Made by a program: the position numbers and the translations under genes. Below are positions 1-9,776 of a stretch of 57,507 nt of DNA, in pieces. How positions within the stretch are numbered: the first letter of the stretch is position 1; every line of letters begins with the position of its first letter. The DNA is from a virus. Its lineage: Duplodnaviria > Caudoviricetes. Location: the IMG/VR virus record IMGVR_UViG_3300045944_000157, positions 1 through 57,507 of that record; one strand, written 5' to 3'. The notes under the pieces were generated by a model, which saw only the letters and a list, made by a program, of their open reading frames with translations, searched no databases and was not told the origin of the DNA.

Positions 1-395
1 GTTCCCCATTTGAATGGGGCGGCACGGCTGCCCTCAATGCGGTGGTCGATCATCTGATAGTCAGCAGCAACAACAGCAACGCTGTCAGAAGCGTTATATT
101 CCAATGCGTATCTGGATGAACTGGCGGCATAGGCTCTACGATTTACAGTAATAGGCCGCGATGCATTGGCAAAATACCCCCACTGATCAGCCATATAGTA
201 AGGTGGAGTGAGGCCAAGATTGTCGCCATTCTGCTGGCTGATTTGCATCGACGGGTTGATGATGTAGTTGAACGGCAAAGCAGTACCCAACGATGCCGCC
301 GTCCAAGTCCCTGTCGTGGTGCTGTATGTGTAGACCACCGTGCCGCTGGTGAACTTCTGGCCATCGGTAGGGGAGGATGGGAAGTTGATTGCCAT
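1..395 (-). CDS. Receptor-binding/tail-associated protein, paralogue 3 (runs off left edge; absent from ORF track)
   Basis: ATG at 395 overlaps the upstream TGA; translates MAINFPSSPTDGQKFTSG...TALPFNYIINPSMQISQQNG, matching the N-terminus of 395..1531. Confidence 0.8.
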   Translation of the reverse strand, partial: MAINFPSSPTDGQKFTSGTVVYTYSTTTGTWTAASLGTALPFNYIINPSMQISQQNGDNLGLTPPYYMADQWGYFANASRPITVNRRAYAASSSRYALEYNASDSVAVVAADYQMIDHRIEGSRAAPFKWG

Positions 396-1531
396 CACAT
401 CCTCGCATTCATGGCGATGTAGTCGGCTTCCGTCTGGTAGTACATGCATGCCTGCTTGCCGCCCGTGGCAAAGGTTCCCCCTGTCGTGATGTCGAGTTCC
501 GCAGCCCAGTAGTTGCTGGTATTGGCAGAGATGGACGAGAAGAGGGCTGTCGTTGTGCCATCGTAGAACCGAACAGAACCCGCTGCGGTTGCGGTTGGCG
601 CAAGCCGCATCGGCACCGGATGCCGCATCCCACTGCGTGACACAGCGGTGCCGCTCGCCACGCCGCCATGCAGTCCATATGCCCTGTACCAGTACCGCTG
701 GCAGCGTTTGGTTTCCGCTGTGATTTCCGGAAGCGCAAACGGCGGCGCAACACCGGTCTTGTAGGGATCGGCGTAGAGGCCGAAGTCGAAGATTTCCAAC
801 GTATCGCCAACAGTAAAGAACTGCGCTGCGCCAGCCGCGCCACCATCCGCTACGCCGGTCGTCCAGCTATTGGTGGTCCCGCCGCTATTTCCACTGCCCC
901 ATACAAACGAGAAGCAAAGCTCCATTGCTGCCGAATTGTCATTTGCCCATGTGCCACCCGTGGCACCGGGTATGACAAGCGTGCAATAGGCGTCCGTGTT
1001 AGCAGTGTTTGCTCCTGTCGATGTTCGATACCCGTATCCGGCTGGAGTACGGACAGTGAACTCAACGCCAGTGGACCCGACAACGGATGCCTTGAAGCCG
1101 AAACGCACGACGATCTGCTTTGCGCTGGCTGTCCCGAACATCAAATCGGCTATGCGAACACCCTCTATCGGACAGAAAACCCAGACATTCCGCGTACCAA
1201 TCGGAGAACCGGCAACGTTGTTGATCGTGAAGCGCAGGCGGTTAGGAGAACCATAAGGAGTTACGACAGCGACTTGCTGTCCAGTTACCGCGCCTGTCGT
1301 GGTGGCGGAGACTTTCCAGTTCTCCGAAATATAAGCGGCATTCCCTCCGGTGGTCGCCGTTGTCCCGAATGGCTGGCTGACCTGAAAGGCGGGATTGACG
1401 ATGTAGTTCTTCGGCAGTGCCGTAGTCAGCGGTGCCTTGGTCCAAAGTCCATTGCTGTAGACAAACGATGTGCCGGGAACAGCGTTGAAAACCTGTCCTT
1501 GTGTGGGCGAGGACGGGAAGTTGATCGCCAT
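395..1531 (-). CDS. Receptor-binding/tail-associated protein, paralogue 2
   Basis: 378 aa, G/T/S-rich, MAINFPSSPT N-terminus, KRCQRYWY motif near C-terminus, directly downstream of tail fibre genes. Confidence 0.75.
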   Translation of the reverse strand: MAINFPSSPTQGQVFNAVPGTSFVYSNGLWTKAPLTTALPKNYIVNPAFQVSQPFGTTATTGGNAAYISENWKVSATTTGAVTGQQVAVVTPYGSPNRLRFTINNVAGSPIGTRNVWVFCPIEGVRIADLMFGTASAKQIVVRFGFKASVVGSTGVEFTVRTPAGYGYRTSTGANTANTDAYCTLVIPGATGGTWANDNSAAMELCFSFVWGSGNSGGTTNSWTTGVADGGAAGAAQFFTVGDTLEIFDFGLYADPYKTGVAPPFALPEITAETKRCQRYWYRAYGLHGGVASGTAVSRSGMRHPVPMRLAPTATAAGSVRFYDGTTTALFSSISANTSNYWAAELDITTGGTFATGGKQACMYYQTEADYIAMNARM

Positions 1532-2673
1532 TATGGCCTCGCATTCATCGAGATGTAATTGGCGGTCTGAGTATCGACCAAGGTCCGGAACGGTCGTCCA
1601 ATCGTGTATGTCGCGCCAGCCTGACCGATGGTCAGTGCCGTGCTGTCGGCATGGTTCTGGTAGTTGGTCACCGAACTGGCATTTGGCGCGACAGAGATGT
1701 CATGGGTTCTCAGAGAGCCAACCAATGCAGCAGTTGGAGCCACTCGCATCGGGACATAATGCGAGGCCCAAGCGATGCCTTGCGACGTGGTGTTGACGAC
1801 CCCATCCATGCGGAAGCACCTGTACCAGTAGCGCAGGCAGTCCTGCTGGTCGTCCTCAATGTGCGTTGGCTCGAATGGTGGGGCCAAGCCGGTGATGTTG
1901 GGGTCCACATACCAGCCGACATCGAACAGTTCCACGGTGTTGCCGACCGTCTGATAGAACGTGTTGGTCAGCGTGCTGGCCCCGGCATAATTTCCGGAAA
2001 GCCATTGATAGGTGCTGGACGTGAAGCTGGCGTTGCAGGCAATCCAGTGGATGAACCCCCATCTGGTATTGTCAGTCACCCAAGCCCCATCGGTGCAGGG
2101 CGGAACGACACAGACTTGCACCGTATCGGTATTCGCCTGTGCCGCCGAGATGGTGAACGGATACACATAGGACCGCGTGGAACCGAAGTTCCTGATGGCG
2201 ACATTGTAGGTTCCAGCCGGGGCTTTCCATCCGAACCGCAACACGCTCCATTTCGCATTGGTGGTTCCGTAGAAAAGGTCCGTCATCCTAAGACCTTCCA
2301 GATAGTGGTAGAATGTCAGCCACTCTCCGGAACCGAGCGTCGCATCGGCGGTCGTGATCGACAGCCGCAGCCTGTATTTGGAACCGTCCGGTGTCGTAAT
2401 AGCCAGACGCTGACCACGATAGACCCCGACATCGCTGGTGTAGGTGGCGTAATAGCCTTCCGCCATGATCAGGCCAGCGACGTTCGACCCATCCGTCAAA
2501 CCGTTCTGGTCATTGATCAGGAAGCATGGGTTGAACAGGAGGTTCTTTCGAGATGCCGTACCGGCCCGTCTGGTCCATGTGCCTTTGGCGGAACTGTAAA
2601 CGTAGGTAGGCCAGCCGCCACCAGCCCAATGGACATGACCATTAGCGGGCGAGGTCGGGAAATTGTACCCCAT
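1531..2673 (-). CDS. Receptor-binding/tail-associated protein, paralogue 1
   Basis: Start MGYNFPTSPANG coupled to tail-fibre stop; colinear similarity with 395..1531 (RFGxKA, CxRYWY, YIxMNAR). Confidence 0.75.
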   Translation of the reverse strand: MGYNFPTSPANGHVHWAGGGWPTYVYSSAKGTWTRRAGTASRKNLLFNPCFLINDQNGLTDGSNVAGLIMAEGYYATYTSDVGVYRGQRLAITTPDGSKYRLRLSITTADATLGSGEWLTFYHYLEGLRMTDLFYGTTNAKWSVLRFGWKAPAGTYNVAIRNFGSTRSYVYPFTISAAQANTDTVQVCVVPPCTDGAWVTDNTRWGFIHWIACNASFTSSTYQWLSGNYAGASTLTNTFYQTVGNTVELFDVGWYVDPNITGLAPPFEPTHIEDDQQDCLRYWYRCFRMDGVVNTTSQGIAWASHYVPMRVAPTAALVGSLRTHDISVAPNASSVTNYQNHADSTALTIGQAGATYTIGRPFRTLVDTQTANYISMNARP

Positions 2674-4829
2674 CACGCTCCTACCGTATTGATCTGGACC
2701 CACTGCGAGGACGAACCGTCATTGTAGTAAATGTAAAGGTTGCCATCAAACGAGTTCCACCACAGTTGCCCGTGCTGCGGGGAACTGGGAGCACTATCGT
2801 TAATGGTTGCTTTAGCAACAGAAACAACATTTATAAGCGTATCAACGTATGATTTTGTAGCTATCCCTTGAGGAGATGTAGGATCACCACTAACAGTGCC
2901 CAACCCTGTATTGCGATTAAAAGTTAAAACTGAACCAGCGGTGTATCCACCATCGTCACAATACTGTAAGTCAAAGTTAGAGCCTGCATTTGATCCAGTT
3001 TCAGTAGCGTTATTACCTAAATACATAACCCATCGATCAAGTGTTGCTTTCTTTCCAGTGATACTGTTCTTTTCATAATCAGCAGACTTATCCAAAACTA
3101 TCGACGCCGATCCAGTCGTCGGCTTCATGACCAATCCTCCGGTCATCGTGTCGCCAGCGGCATCAACGAAGTTCGTGTTGCTCTCTGTCTTGGTGTAGTA
3201 GTTGGACAGATCGGGCGCGGCACCGATTGGCCCAACGGTTGCGCCATTGATACGGGCGTACATTCCGGTCGCCGTTGTCCACACATCGCCATTGGTGGGG
3301 GAGGAAGGTGCGGCAGTGTGCGGCAGATTGAGCAGACCGGTATCGATCTTCATCCCGCGAGTAGTGCCACTGGTCGAATTGAAAAGGCCAACCGTATTGA
3401 GGACTGAGGCGTTGCCGATGTAGACCGCATTGTCGAACGTATACAGGCCGCTGCCGGTAAACGTTGCGCTGCCAATACTGTCGTGGCGCGGTGATATCTG
3501 CACCGTCTGACCATGCGGCGGGTCTGCCCGAATGACGAAGGTGCCGGTGCTGGCAACTGACGTATCGCGTGCGATGACTGTTTGCCCACCATTGACGAAG
3601 GCGAACCGTCCATTGCTGTCTTCGATGGACAGGGTGCTACCCTGAATGATCTTGCCGGTCACACCATCGAAGCGAGGGACAGTATTGTCCGTCGCACCGG
3701 CAGGACCGATGACATCGCCTCCCGGTGCGTCCGCGATCATCTGTGTCACGAAAGCCGTTGTGGCGATGGAGGTATCGTTGTCACCGGGACTTGGTGTCGG
3801 TGCAGTCGGATTGCCGGTGAGAGCAGGGCTGGCAAGCGGCGCATAACCGGAAAGATCGGGTGCCGCCCCAATCGGCCCTACGGTCCCGCCATTGATGTGG
3901 GCATACAGCCCTGCGGTCGTCGTCCACATGTCGCCATTTGCCGGAACGGATGGAGCCGTACCATGCGGCAGGCGAAACCACGCATTGGCCGATGTCGCAG
4001 CCAAGGTGTATATGGCGCTGGAAGTTAAGTTGGCACCTGTAGCTGTAATGCCGTTTGGCGCGCTCAGAATACCCATGACATCAAGCGCACCAGCGAACTT
4101 GGCGGAACCGTTAGAGCGGTCTATTTCGAATGGATTGCCAAGCCATGCGCCATTGTCCGCATAACGGGAAACGGTCCACTTGGAACCACTGTTGCTGCCG
4201 CTTTCACCAGAGTTCAGGAACATCCGCCAGCGTGGCGTTCCACCACGCTTCCATGCGAACATGGACGCATTGTCTGCACTCAATGCCTGCGTATCGTTGA
4301 TGACGAATTCAGTGCCGGTGCCGCCAGCCGCATTGGTGTTCGCGATGACGCTGCCCGTGACCGTCAGGTCACCAGCCAGTGACATGCCGGTGCCGCTTGT
4401 CTGAAGCTTGACGGCTCCATTGTATGGGCTGTTGAAGAATTCAGCGGTGAACCCGGCTGGCGAACCGGCCCCGTTGGTGATGTAGAGCGTCGAGCCTGCG
4501 ACGGTCTGGAAGACCAGCGACTGACCGGTTCCCTGATCAATGATCTTGTAGCCGCCGGTCCCATAACCGCCTGTCTTCCACGTCACCACCATCTGGCCGT
4601 TGGTGGCGTTGTAGGACAGGCCGCTGTTGGTGGTGATGTTACCGTCGCTTTCGAAGGTGAAGGTGGACGTACCCTTGGTGATGGTGAAGGAAGTCGTGGT
4701 GTCGCTGAAGGTGTACTTCAGGATGTGCTTGATGTTGCGGAAGTGGTCGTCGCCAAACTGTTTCTGGTCTGATCCCAGAGGCCACGCTTCGTTCAGGCTT
4801 GAGAACAGATCGCCGCTTTCGACGCCCAT
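2673..4829 (-). CDS. Tail fibre protein with internal repeats
   Basis: 718 aa; GDDHFRNIK N-terminus, LTGNPTAPTP..DNDTSIATTAFV and IATKSYVD fibre motifs, duplicated modules. Confidence 0.85.
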   Translation of the reverse strand: MGVESGDLFSSLNEAWPLGSDQKQFGDDHFRNIKHILKYTFSDTTTSFTITKGTSTFTFESDGNITTNSGLSYNATNGQMVVTWKTGGYGTGGYKIIDQGTGQSLVFQTVAGSTLYITNGAGSPAGFTAEFFNSPYNGAVKLQTSGTGMSLAGDLTVTGSVIANTNAAGGTGTEFVINDTQALSADNASMFAWKRGGTPRWRMFLNSGESGSNSGSKWTVSRYADNGAWLGNPFEIDRSNGSAKFAGALDVMGILSAPNGITATGANLTSSAIYTLAATSANAWFRLPHGTAPSVPANGDMWTTTAGLYAHINGGTVGPIGAAPDLSGYAPLASPALTGNPTAPTPSPGDNDTSIATTAFVTQMIADAPGGDVIGPAGATDNTVPRFDGVTGKIIQGSTLSIEDSNGRFAFVNGGQTVIARDTSVASTGTFVIRADPPHGQTVQISPRHDSIGSATFTGSGLYTFDNAVYIGNASVLNTVGLFNSTSGTTRGMKIDTGLLNLPHTAAPSSPTNGDVWTTATGMYARINGATVGPIGAAPDLSNYYTKTESNTNFVDAAGDTMTGGLVMKPTTGSASIVLDKSADYEKNSITGKKATLDRWVMYLGNNATETGSNAGSNFDLQYCDDGGYTAGSVLTFNRNTGLGTVSGDPTSPQGIATKSYVDTLINVVSVAKATINDSAPSSPQHGQLWWNSFDGNLYIYYNDGSSSQWVQINTVGA

Positions 4830-5258
4830 CTACGCAATCCTGATGATCGCCGTCGCTGCTGCCGGTGCCGGGAAGATGATGGTGAAGTCTCCCGCAGAAC
4901 TGGCTTTGTCGGAGCCGAAGTCCAGAATGACCGCAGTCCTGTTGCCATTGGTGGAGTTGTAGATCATCGCCCCTCTGGCAGTGATGGTGGCGGTTGTCCA
5001 CGTACTGTCGTTGAAGTCCGTGTAGGCCGTGGTGCCGGAGACGACTGGCGACACATTGGTCAGCGTGTTGCCGCCCGCCGTATAGCCGGTTCCGGAAACC
5101 TCATTGCTCGCCGTATAGGTCGTGGTCGAACTGTCCAATGTCGCCGCGCTGGTGTAGAGCGCGATCTTGAAGGAGTTGCCGCCCGCTGTGTTGAAGTTGT
5201 GCAACCCCTGCATCAGTTCCTGCTTGAAGGTTGTCGCCACTGCTTGGGTAATCGCCAT
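4830..5258 (-). CDS. Conserved virion structural protein
   Basis: MAITQA..TFKQEL..G.HNF..FKIALYTS..NEVSGTGYTAGG family, tail region. Confidence 0.75.
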   Translation of the reverse strand: MAITQAVATTFKQELMQGLHNFNTAGGNSFKIALYTSAATLDSSTTTYTASNEVSGTGYTAGGNTLTNVSPVVSGTTAYTDFNDSTWTTATITARGAMIYNSTNGNRTAVILDFGSDKASSAGDFTIIFPAPAAATAIIRIA

Positions 5259-5259
5259 C

Positions 5260-5514
5260 TCACCTTTCCTTTCCGGTCAAGAAGTAAGCGCGGTCTGAGG
5301 CGATGGCGCGTTTGACCCCATCCAGAACAACCGCATACATGCGTTCCCTGTACTCCATAGCCTGCGCCCTGATCGGCTCCGGTGCCGTGTCCGCGATCTG
5401 GATCAGCCGCTCGACAATCCTCTGCGCGAAGAACTCCGCTGGATGCCCGCCATCCATGGTGGTGACCACGGTGACACTGCCAACGCTGGCCCCAGCTTCT
5501 TGCCCAATGCTCAT
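5260..5514 (-). CDS. Hypothetical phage protein
   Basis: 84 aa, translationally coupled within the structural operon. Confidence 0.7.
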   Translation of the reverse strand: MSIGQEAGASVGSVTVVTTMDGGHPAEFFAQRIVERLIQIADTAPEPIRAQAMEYRERMYAVVLDGVKRAIASDRAYFLTGKER

Positions 5515-6149
5515 GTCGGCATCCTCTGGTCAGGCATCCGGTAGGTATCCTTGCGCTGGCGTCCCTCGACAATCAGCTTGAGATCGGTGATCGCCACTTC
5601 GAACTGCTTGCCGTAGGCTTGGATCACATCCTGATCGCCCTTCTCGTAGATGTAGCCATGCATGATGATGCCGAAGATCAGCGCGTTCTCGCCGTTCTCT
5701 GACAGCCAGTTGGTATTGTCGGGATCATTGTTGAGGCTGATCGACGGCGGCTTCTTGAAGTAGTGCATCTCGACTTCGTAGTTCTCCCCCGGTGTTGGGG
5801 CGAGCAACAGGTCCGTCTCGTTGCGGACAGCGTAGAAGCGCGGCTTTCCTACCTGAGTGGGGTCCGGGTAGGCTTCATTGAGGAACGCTTCGTCCTTGGG
5901 CAACAGGTAATCGTAAGTCGGCGTAATAACTGCCAGCGAATACGCGGACACGTAGTCCTCCGGCACCGACAGGAAACGGTCACCGATAACCAGCGTCGAG
6001 GTCGCTGTCTCCTTGGTCATCGGAAGCTGCACCTTGCGATAGATATCCTCTTCGGCAAGGCGGGCATGCAGCGGAATGTTGGCGAGAAAGGACGGCTCTT
6101 CGTTCTCCAGATACTGTTTGACGACAGCCTGTATCTGACCCCAGTTCAT
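5511..6149 (-). CDS. Head-tail adaptor / tail tubular-type protein
   Basis: 212 aa; G.PRFYA, LAPTP...Y.VEMHYF, TNWLS motifs. Confidence 0.7.
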   Translation of the reverse strand: MNWGQIQAVVKQYLENEEPSFLANIPLHARLAEEDIYRKVQLPMTKETATSTLVIGDRFLSVPEDYVSAYSLAVITPTYDYLLPKDEAFLNEAYPDPTQVGKPRFYAVRNETDLLLAPTPGENYEVEMHYFKKPPSISLNNDPDNTNWLSENGENALIFGIIMHGYIYEKGDQDVIQAYGKQFEVAITDLKLIVEGRQRKDTYRMPDQRMPT

Positions 6150-6451
6150 GTAATCCTCACCGTGACCCGCCCGACATCCGTGAGCAGGATGTTGGTTGTC
6201 TCGTGACCGACAGGGTTCCAGCCGTACAGCCTGCGGCTCTCTGCCAGTTCCGCTTTATCGGAACGCGAACCCTTGACGGTCTGCTTGTCGGAAGTCTTGA
6301 CGCCGCGTGTGTCGAGTTGCGGATGGCTCTCGTCGTAGCAGGACTTGCATACCTTCAGCCCGGTCGGGCGACCGAGAAGGTACTCATCTCTCAGATGGGA
6401 CAGTTTGAAACGCAGGCCGCAGCGGTCACAAATGCCGGGAACCGGCTTCAT
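6146..6451 (-). CDS. Zn-finger virion-region protein
   Basis: CDRC and CKSC..DESHPQL motifs; overlapping start/stop with neighbours. Confidence 0.7.
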   Translation of the reverse strand: MKPVPGICDRCGLRFKLSHLRDEYLLGRPTGLKVCKSCYDESHPQLDTRGVKTSDKQTVKGSRSDKAELAESRRLYGWNPVGHETTNILLTDVGRVTVRIT

Positions 6452-7128
6452 CGGTTGTAACTCGACATGTCGGGAACCATGAAGAAGGAGGCGCGGTCGC
6501 GATCCTCCTCCGCAGCCAGCATGTACTGGCGCTCATACTCCGCTTGCAGCATGGGGATGCGATCCGTTGCGTTCGGAGACTTCATCGCAAGGAAATAGGC
6601 CAGTCCCGAAACCAGTGCCGGGAGAAAGCGTGGCGGGATATCCACCGTGTTGGTGTAGTTCCCGGCATCCTGAATGGTGCGAATGCCCCAGCAGATGAAG
6701 GTTCCGTCCTCCGTGGGTGTCGGCCAGATGCGCAGCTTCGGCGGATAGGTGCGATGCACATAGTATTGCGACGGGGTGCCGGTTTCATTCTTGTTGGCCA
6801 TTCCGGCCCACTGTGCCCCACCCAGCCGCGTCATCGTCTGGTCGTTCTGCTCAAGGCCGGTGCCGGTGCGCCATGCTGCATCCAGCAAGTCGATGGTTTC
6901 GGCGGGCAGTTCGACCGTATCGTTGCCCATGGTCATCGGCACGCTGAACTGTGTCAGCGTCCACATGTTGAGGCCGCGATTGCCCCATTCACGCATCAGC
7001 AAATCGAGTGAGCGGCGGGCAGTCTTTAGGTCATAGCCGCCGCGCACTTCGATCCCCACCATTTCATAGGCTTCTTCAATCAGGTCGATGATGTCCGGAT
7101 TGAAGGTGGCAACGCCGGATGTGGTCAC
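6448..7128 (-). CDS. Head-tail adaptor protein
   Basis: [50 protein letters not shown] motifs. Confidence 0.75.
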   Translation of the reverse strand: MTTSGVATFNPDIIDLIEEAYEMVGIEVRGGYDLKTARRSLDLLMREWGNRGLNMWTLTQFSVPMTMGNDTVELPAETIDLLDAAWRTGTGLEQNDQTMTRLGGAQWAGMANKNETGTPSQYYVHRTYPPKLRIWPTPTEDGTFICWGIRTIQDAGNYTNTVDIPPRFLPALVSGLAYFLAMKSPNATDRIPMLQAEYERQYMLAAEEDRDRASFFMVPDMSSYNR

Positions 7129-7280
7129 TTCTTACCCTTTTTGGCCGGGATTTTAGCGCCGCTCCTGCGGGCCTGACTGAGGGATGCGGCGACCGCCTGC
7201 TTCTGCGGATAGCCCGCCTTCCTCATTTCCTTGATGTTCTTGCCGATGGTTTCCTTCGACTTGCCCTTTTTCAGAGGCAT
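7125..7280 (-). CDS. Small basic phage protein, 51 aa (absent from ORF track)
   Basis: [51 protein letters not shown]; GGAGGA RBS; stop overlaps GTG of next gene. Confidence 0.75.
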   Translation of the reverse strand: MPLKKGKSKETIGKNIKEMRKAGYPQKQAVAASLSQARRSGAKIPAKKGKK

Positions 7281-7659
7281 CGCTTTCTTCCTCCATGGTC
7301 ATCAGGTTCAGGACCGTGACCCGAACCGCTTTGTCCTGCGGAAAGACGACCGAGTTTCGTCCCTTGTTGACGCTGACAAACGGCACCCGGTAGACGGCGA
7401 CAATGTAACCCTGTCCCTTCATCGCTTCACGACCGGCTGGCGACGGGAACCAGTCCAAGAGTTGTGAAATGGAGAGGAAGCCGAAGATGCCGCCCTCTTC
7501 CTTGAACCGCTCATAGAAGGGGCCACCTTCGTCCTGTGGACCGGTTGGCCTCTTGTCGAGAGGATCGTGACCACTAACCGCATCATAAAGCTGGACGGTG
7601 CCGGTCAGCGACCATGGACCCTTGCCGGTGTCACGGTGTTCGATCCGATAGACCCTCAA
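7153..7659 (-). CDS. Hypothetical protein (VYRIEH..GP / FGF.S..QL..WF family)
   Basis: Coupled start; 3' end overlaps the 51-aa ORF. Confidence 0.6.
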   Translation of the reverse strand: MRVYRIEHRDTGKGPWSLTGTVQLYDAVSGHDPLDKRPTGPQDEGGPFYERFKEEGGIFGFLSISQLLDWFPSPAGREAMKGQGYIVAVYRVPFVSVNKGRNSVVFPQDKAVRVTVLNLMTMEEESDASEKGQVEGNHRQEHQGNEEGGLSAEAGGRRIPQSGPQERR

Positions 7660-7892
7660 TACATTGCCACCAGTCCGGTTGCCGTCGAGGCGACCTTGAT
7701 AGCGCGGGGAGAGATCGGCAGCAGCGTGCCAGCCGGAACAGCCGAGAAGGTGACGGTGGTGCCGTCACGGTCGATAGCCACGACTGTTCCGGTGCCGCCA
7801 ACCCAGATGCCACGGCATCCACCCATGTTGGGTGTGTCGCTCTTCACGACATCCTTGAACGCCTTGACCGGATTAGACCAGAGATCGGCCAT
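7656..7892 (-). CDS. Head spike base protein (RcGTA Rcc01079-like)
   Basis: RGIWVGGTG..V....G..VTF..VPAGTLLPI..R...STATGLVAM pattern. Confidence 0.75.
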   Translation of the reverse strand: MADLWSNPVKAFKDVVKSDTPNMGGCRGIWVGGTGTVVAIDRDGTTVTFSAVPAGTLLPISPRAIKVASTATGLVAMY

Positions 7893-7901
7893 CGCTCCCT
7901 C

Positions 7902-8141
7902 CTACGACAGGACGGCGCTGGTATCCACACGCAGCCAGTTGGTGCCGTTGGAGAAGCATGGGCAAGCGCCGGTCGCGGCGTCACTGACATAGATGAGCGC
8001 ACCGGTATTGGTGGTTGCCGAAGGCACCGATGCCTTGGCATAGATCGGAAGCTTGACGGTTCCGCCAGCTTCCGCAGAAGAGATGTTGCCGATGAAGCCT
8101 GCCGTTGAAACGACGGGACCAGAAAATGTGGTGCGTCCCAT
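7902..8141 (-). CDS. Capsid decoration / head fibre-like protein
   Basis: MGRTTFSGPV N-terminus; GALIYVSD...FSNGTNW C-terminus; follows capsid gene. Confidence 0.6.
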   Translation of the reverse strand: MGRTTFSGPVVSTAGFIGNISSAEAGGTVKLPIYAKASVPSATTNTGALIYVSDAATGACPCFSNGTNWLRVDTSAVLS

Positions 8142-8180
8142 GGGGTGGTTACCTTTCACAAGAAGGTGGAGGGCGGGGTG

Positions 8181-8211
8181 AAAGAAAGGGCCGGGGGAGT
8201 AACCGGCCCTT
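8181..8211 (-). terminator. Intrinsic terminator after major capsid gene
   Basis: AAGGGCCGG/CCGGCCCTT stem followed by T-rich tail on minus strand. Confidence 0.7.
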
Positions 8212-8238
8212 CCAATTAGCCGAGAGCGAGGGAGGAGA

Positions 8239-9147
8239 TTACGCTCCCGGCGAGCCGTAAATCGCCAGCGGATCGCTCCAGCCGAAGCTGTAGCGTTCGC
8301 GGCTCTTGTAACGGTAGTTCCCGGTATCGAAGTCGGTATCCATGCCGGTCTTCAGTGGCGCTCTGACGAAGTGCTTGAGGCCGTTCGGGATATCGGTGGT
8401 CAGGAACCATGCGTCCGGATCGGTCAGGTAATGCATGACGCCGTAGCCTTCGGGAATGGCCCCGTTGGACTTCAGCGCGTTGACATCATTGTCTGCCGTG
8501 CCGGGACGCTGCTCCGTCTGCAACAGACGGGTGGCGACGAACTGGTTGCCGGGAGCGATGATCAGCTTCCTTGGCCTTGCGGCGATGAGAAGCCCACGTT
8601 CATCGGTCCATGCCGCGATGTCGATCACCGCATTTTCCAGTGCCGTCTCGTTGAGGTCCGTTGCGACCGCAGCGACATTCGAGTTGACGCCACCCGCAAC
8701 CAGCGGATGGTCGGGAGCCAGCAACGGCTTGCCATCACCACCCGTAAAGTTGGTGTTGAAGCCATTGTTGAGGGTAGCCGCAGCCTTGACCTGTTTGGTG
8801 TAGGCCATGGAGCGTGCCAGCGCCTTGGTGTAGCGGGCCGAAAGCTGGTCATAGAGGTTGTCCTCAATGGCCTCCTCGGTGATCGCAAATCCCATGGCGA
8901 TGGTTTCGTGGGTGTAGCGGGCGGTCCATGCTTCCTGCGCATTGTCATACGCAATGGCGGCACCTTCCATCTTCACCGGAGCAGTTCCGAAACCGGAGAG
9001 TTTCTGCTCTTCCTCAAACGAGCGGTCACTGTTTTCGGTCGTGTAGACCATGGTGTGCTCGTTCTCGTACTTCGCGTACTCCAGCCCAAACAGTTTGTTC
9101 AGACCGGGCAGCAACTCTTTGAAGAGTTGAGCGCGAGTGATAGCCAT
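8239..9147 (-). CDS. Major capsid protein
   Basis: MAITRAQL.KELLPGLN.LFGLEY, HETIAMGF.ITEEA.EDNLY, YKSRERYSFGWSD motifs; strong RBS. Confidence 0.92.
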   Translation of the reverse strand: MAITRAQLFKELLPGLNKLFGLEYAKYENEHTMVYTTENSDRSFEEEQKLSGFGTAPVKMEGAAIAYDNAQEAWTARYTHETIAMGFAITEEAIEDNLYDQLSARYTKALARSMAYTKQVKAAATLNNGFNTNFTGGDGKPLLAPDHPLVAGGVNSNVAAVATDLNETALENAVIDIAAWTDERGLLIAARPRKLIIAPGNQFVATRLLQTEQRPGTADNDVNALKSNGAIPEGYGVMHYLTDPDAWFLTTDIPNGLKHFVRAPLKTGMDTDFDTGNYRYKSRERYSFGWSDPLAIYGSPGA

Positions 9148-9162
9148 TTCTCAACTCCTTTC

Positions 9163-9735
9163 TTAAGCTGCCGGGTCACGGTTGAGGTGCGTGTTCAGAC
9201 GGACAATGCAGTCCGTGAACGCATCACCCACCGCACTGCCGGGGCGACGGACAAAATCCACGATCCTGACGGGGAAGGTGGCGGTGGCGGCAATACCAGC
9301 GGTCGCCAAAGCAACAGCCGATCTGCCGGTGGTCAGTGAGCCTGCGGTCTGGACAAGGTTGGCGTTCAGACCCAGTTGCGCCTGCGTCACGGGACCGTTG
9401 GCCTGTATCTCAAACAGGAGATCAGGGTCGTCATAGACGTAAGCCCATGCGGAGGAGTTGGGTTTGATGACCGTACCAGCGGTCCAGAAGTTCCGATGGA
9501 ACAGACCCATCGACGTGTCTTCGTACTCGCAGCCCCAGAAGACACCGACCGGCTTGGTGCCGGTAGTGGCTGTTTCTTTTTCAATAAAGCCAGCGACCAG
9601 TTTGACGAGATCGCCACAGAAGATCGACGTGGCGTAGCCGCCGCTGATCTTCATCAGACGATCTCCGTGTGACATGTACTGACCGCCCTGCATATTGACG
9701 GGCCGCAAGCCATAGGGAGCGGCAACTGCTGCCAT
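9163..9735 (-). CDS. Capsid cement/decoration protein
   Basis: APYGLRP, IF.GDLV, GVF.GCEY, V.DDPD.LFEIQ; directly upstream of MCP. Confidence 0.7.
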   Translation of the reverse strand: MAAVAAPYGLRPVNMQGGQYMSHGDRLMKISGGYATSIFCGDLVKLVAGFIEKETATTGTKPVGVFWGCEYEDTSMGLFHRNFWTAGTVIKPNSSAWAYVYDDPDLLFEIQANGPVTQAQLGLNANLVQTAGSLTTGRSAVALATAGIAATATFPVRIVDFVRRPGSAVGDAFTDCIVRLNTHLNRDPAA

Positions 9736-9776
9736 CTCTTCTCTCCTATTGGTTTGTGGGGGAGGGTTAAGCGAGG

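Noticed and set aside
1-4829. Diversity-generating retroelement or shufflon
   Set aside because: No reverse transcriptase, no near-identical template/variable repeats, no inverted cassettes seen.
8371-9339. Long antisense ORFs (also 668..1558, 1651..2727, 51568..52854, 53212..54483)
   Set aside because: Shadow frames of GC-rich genes with no motifs or RBS.
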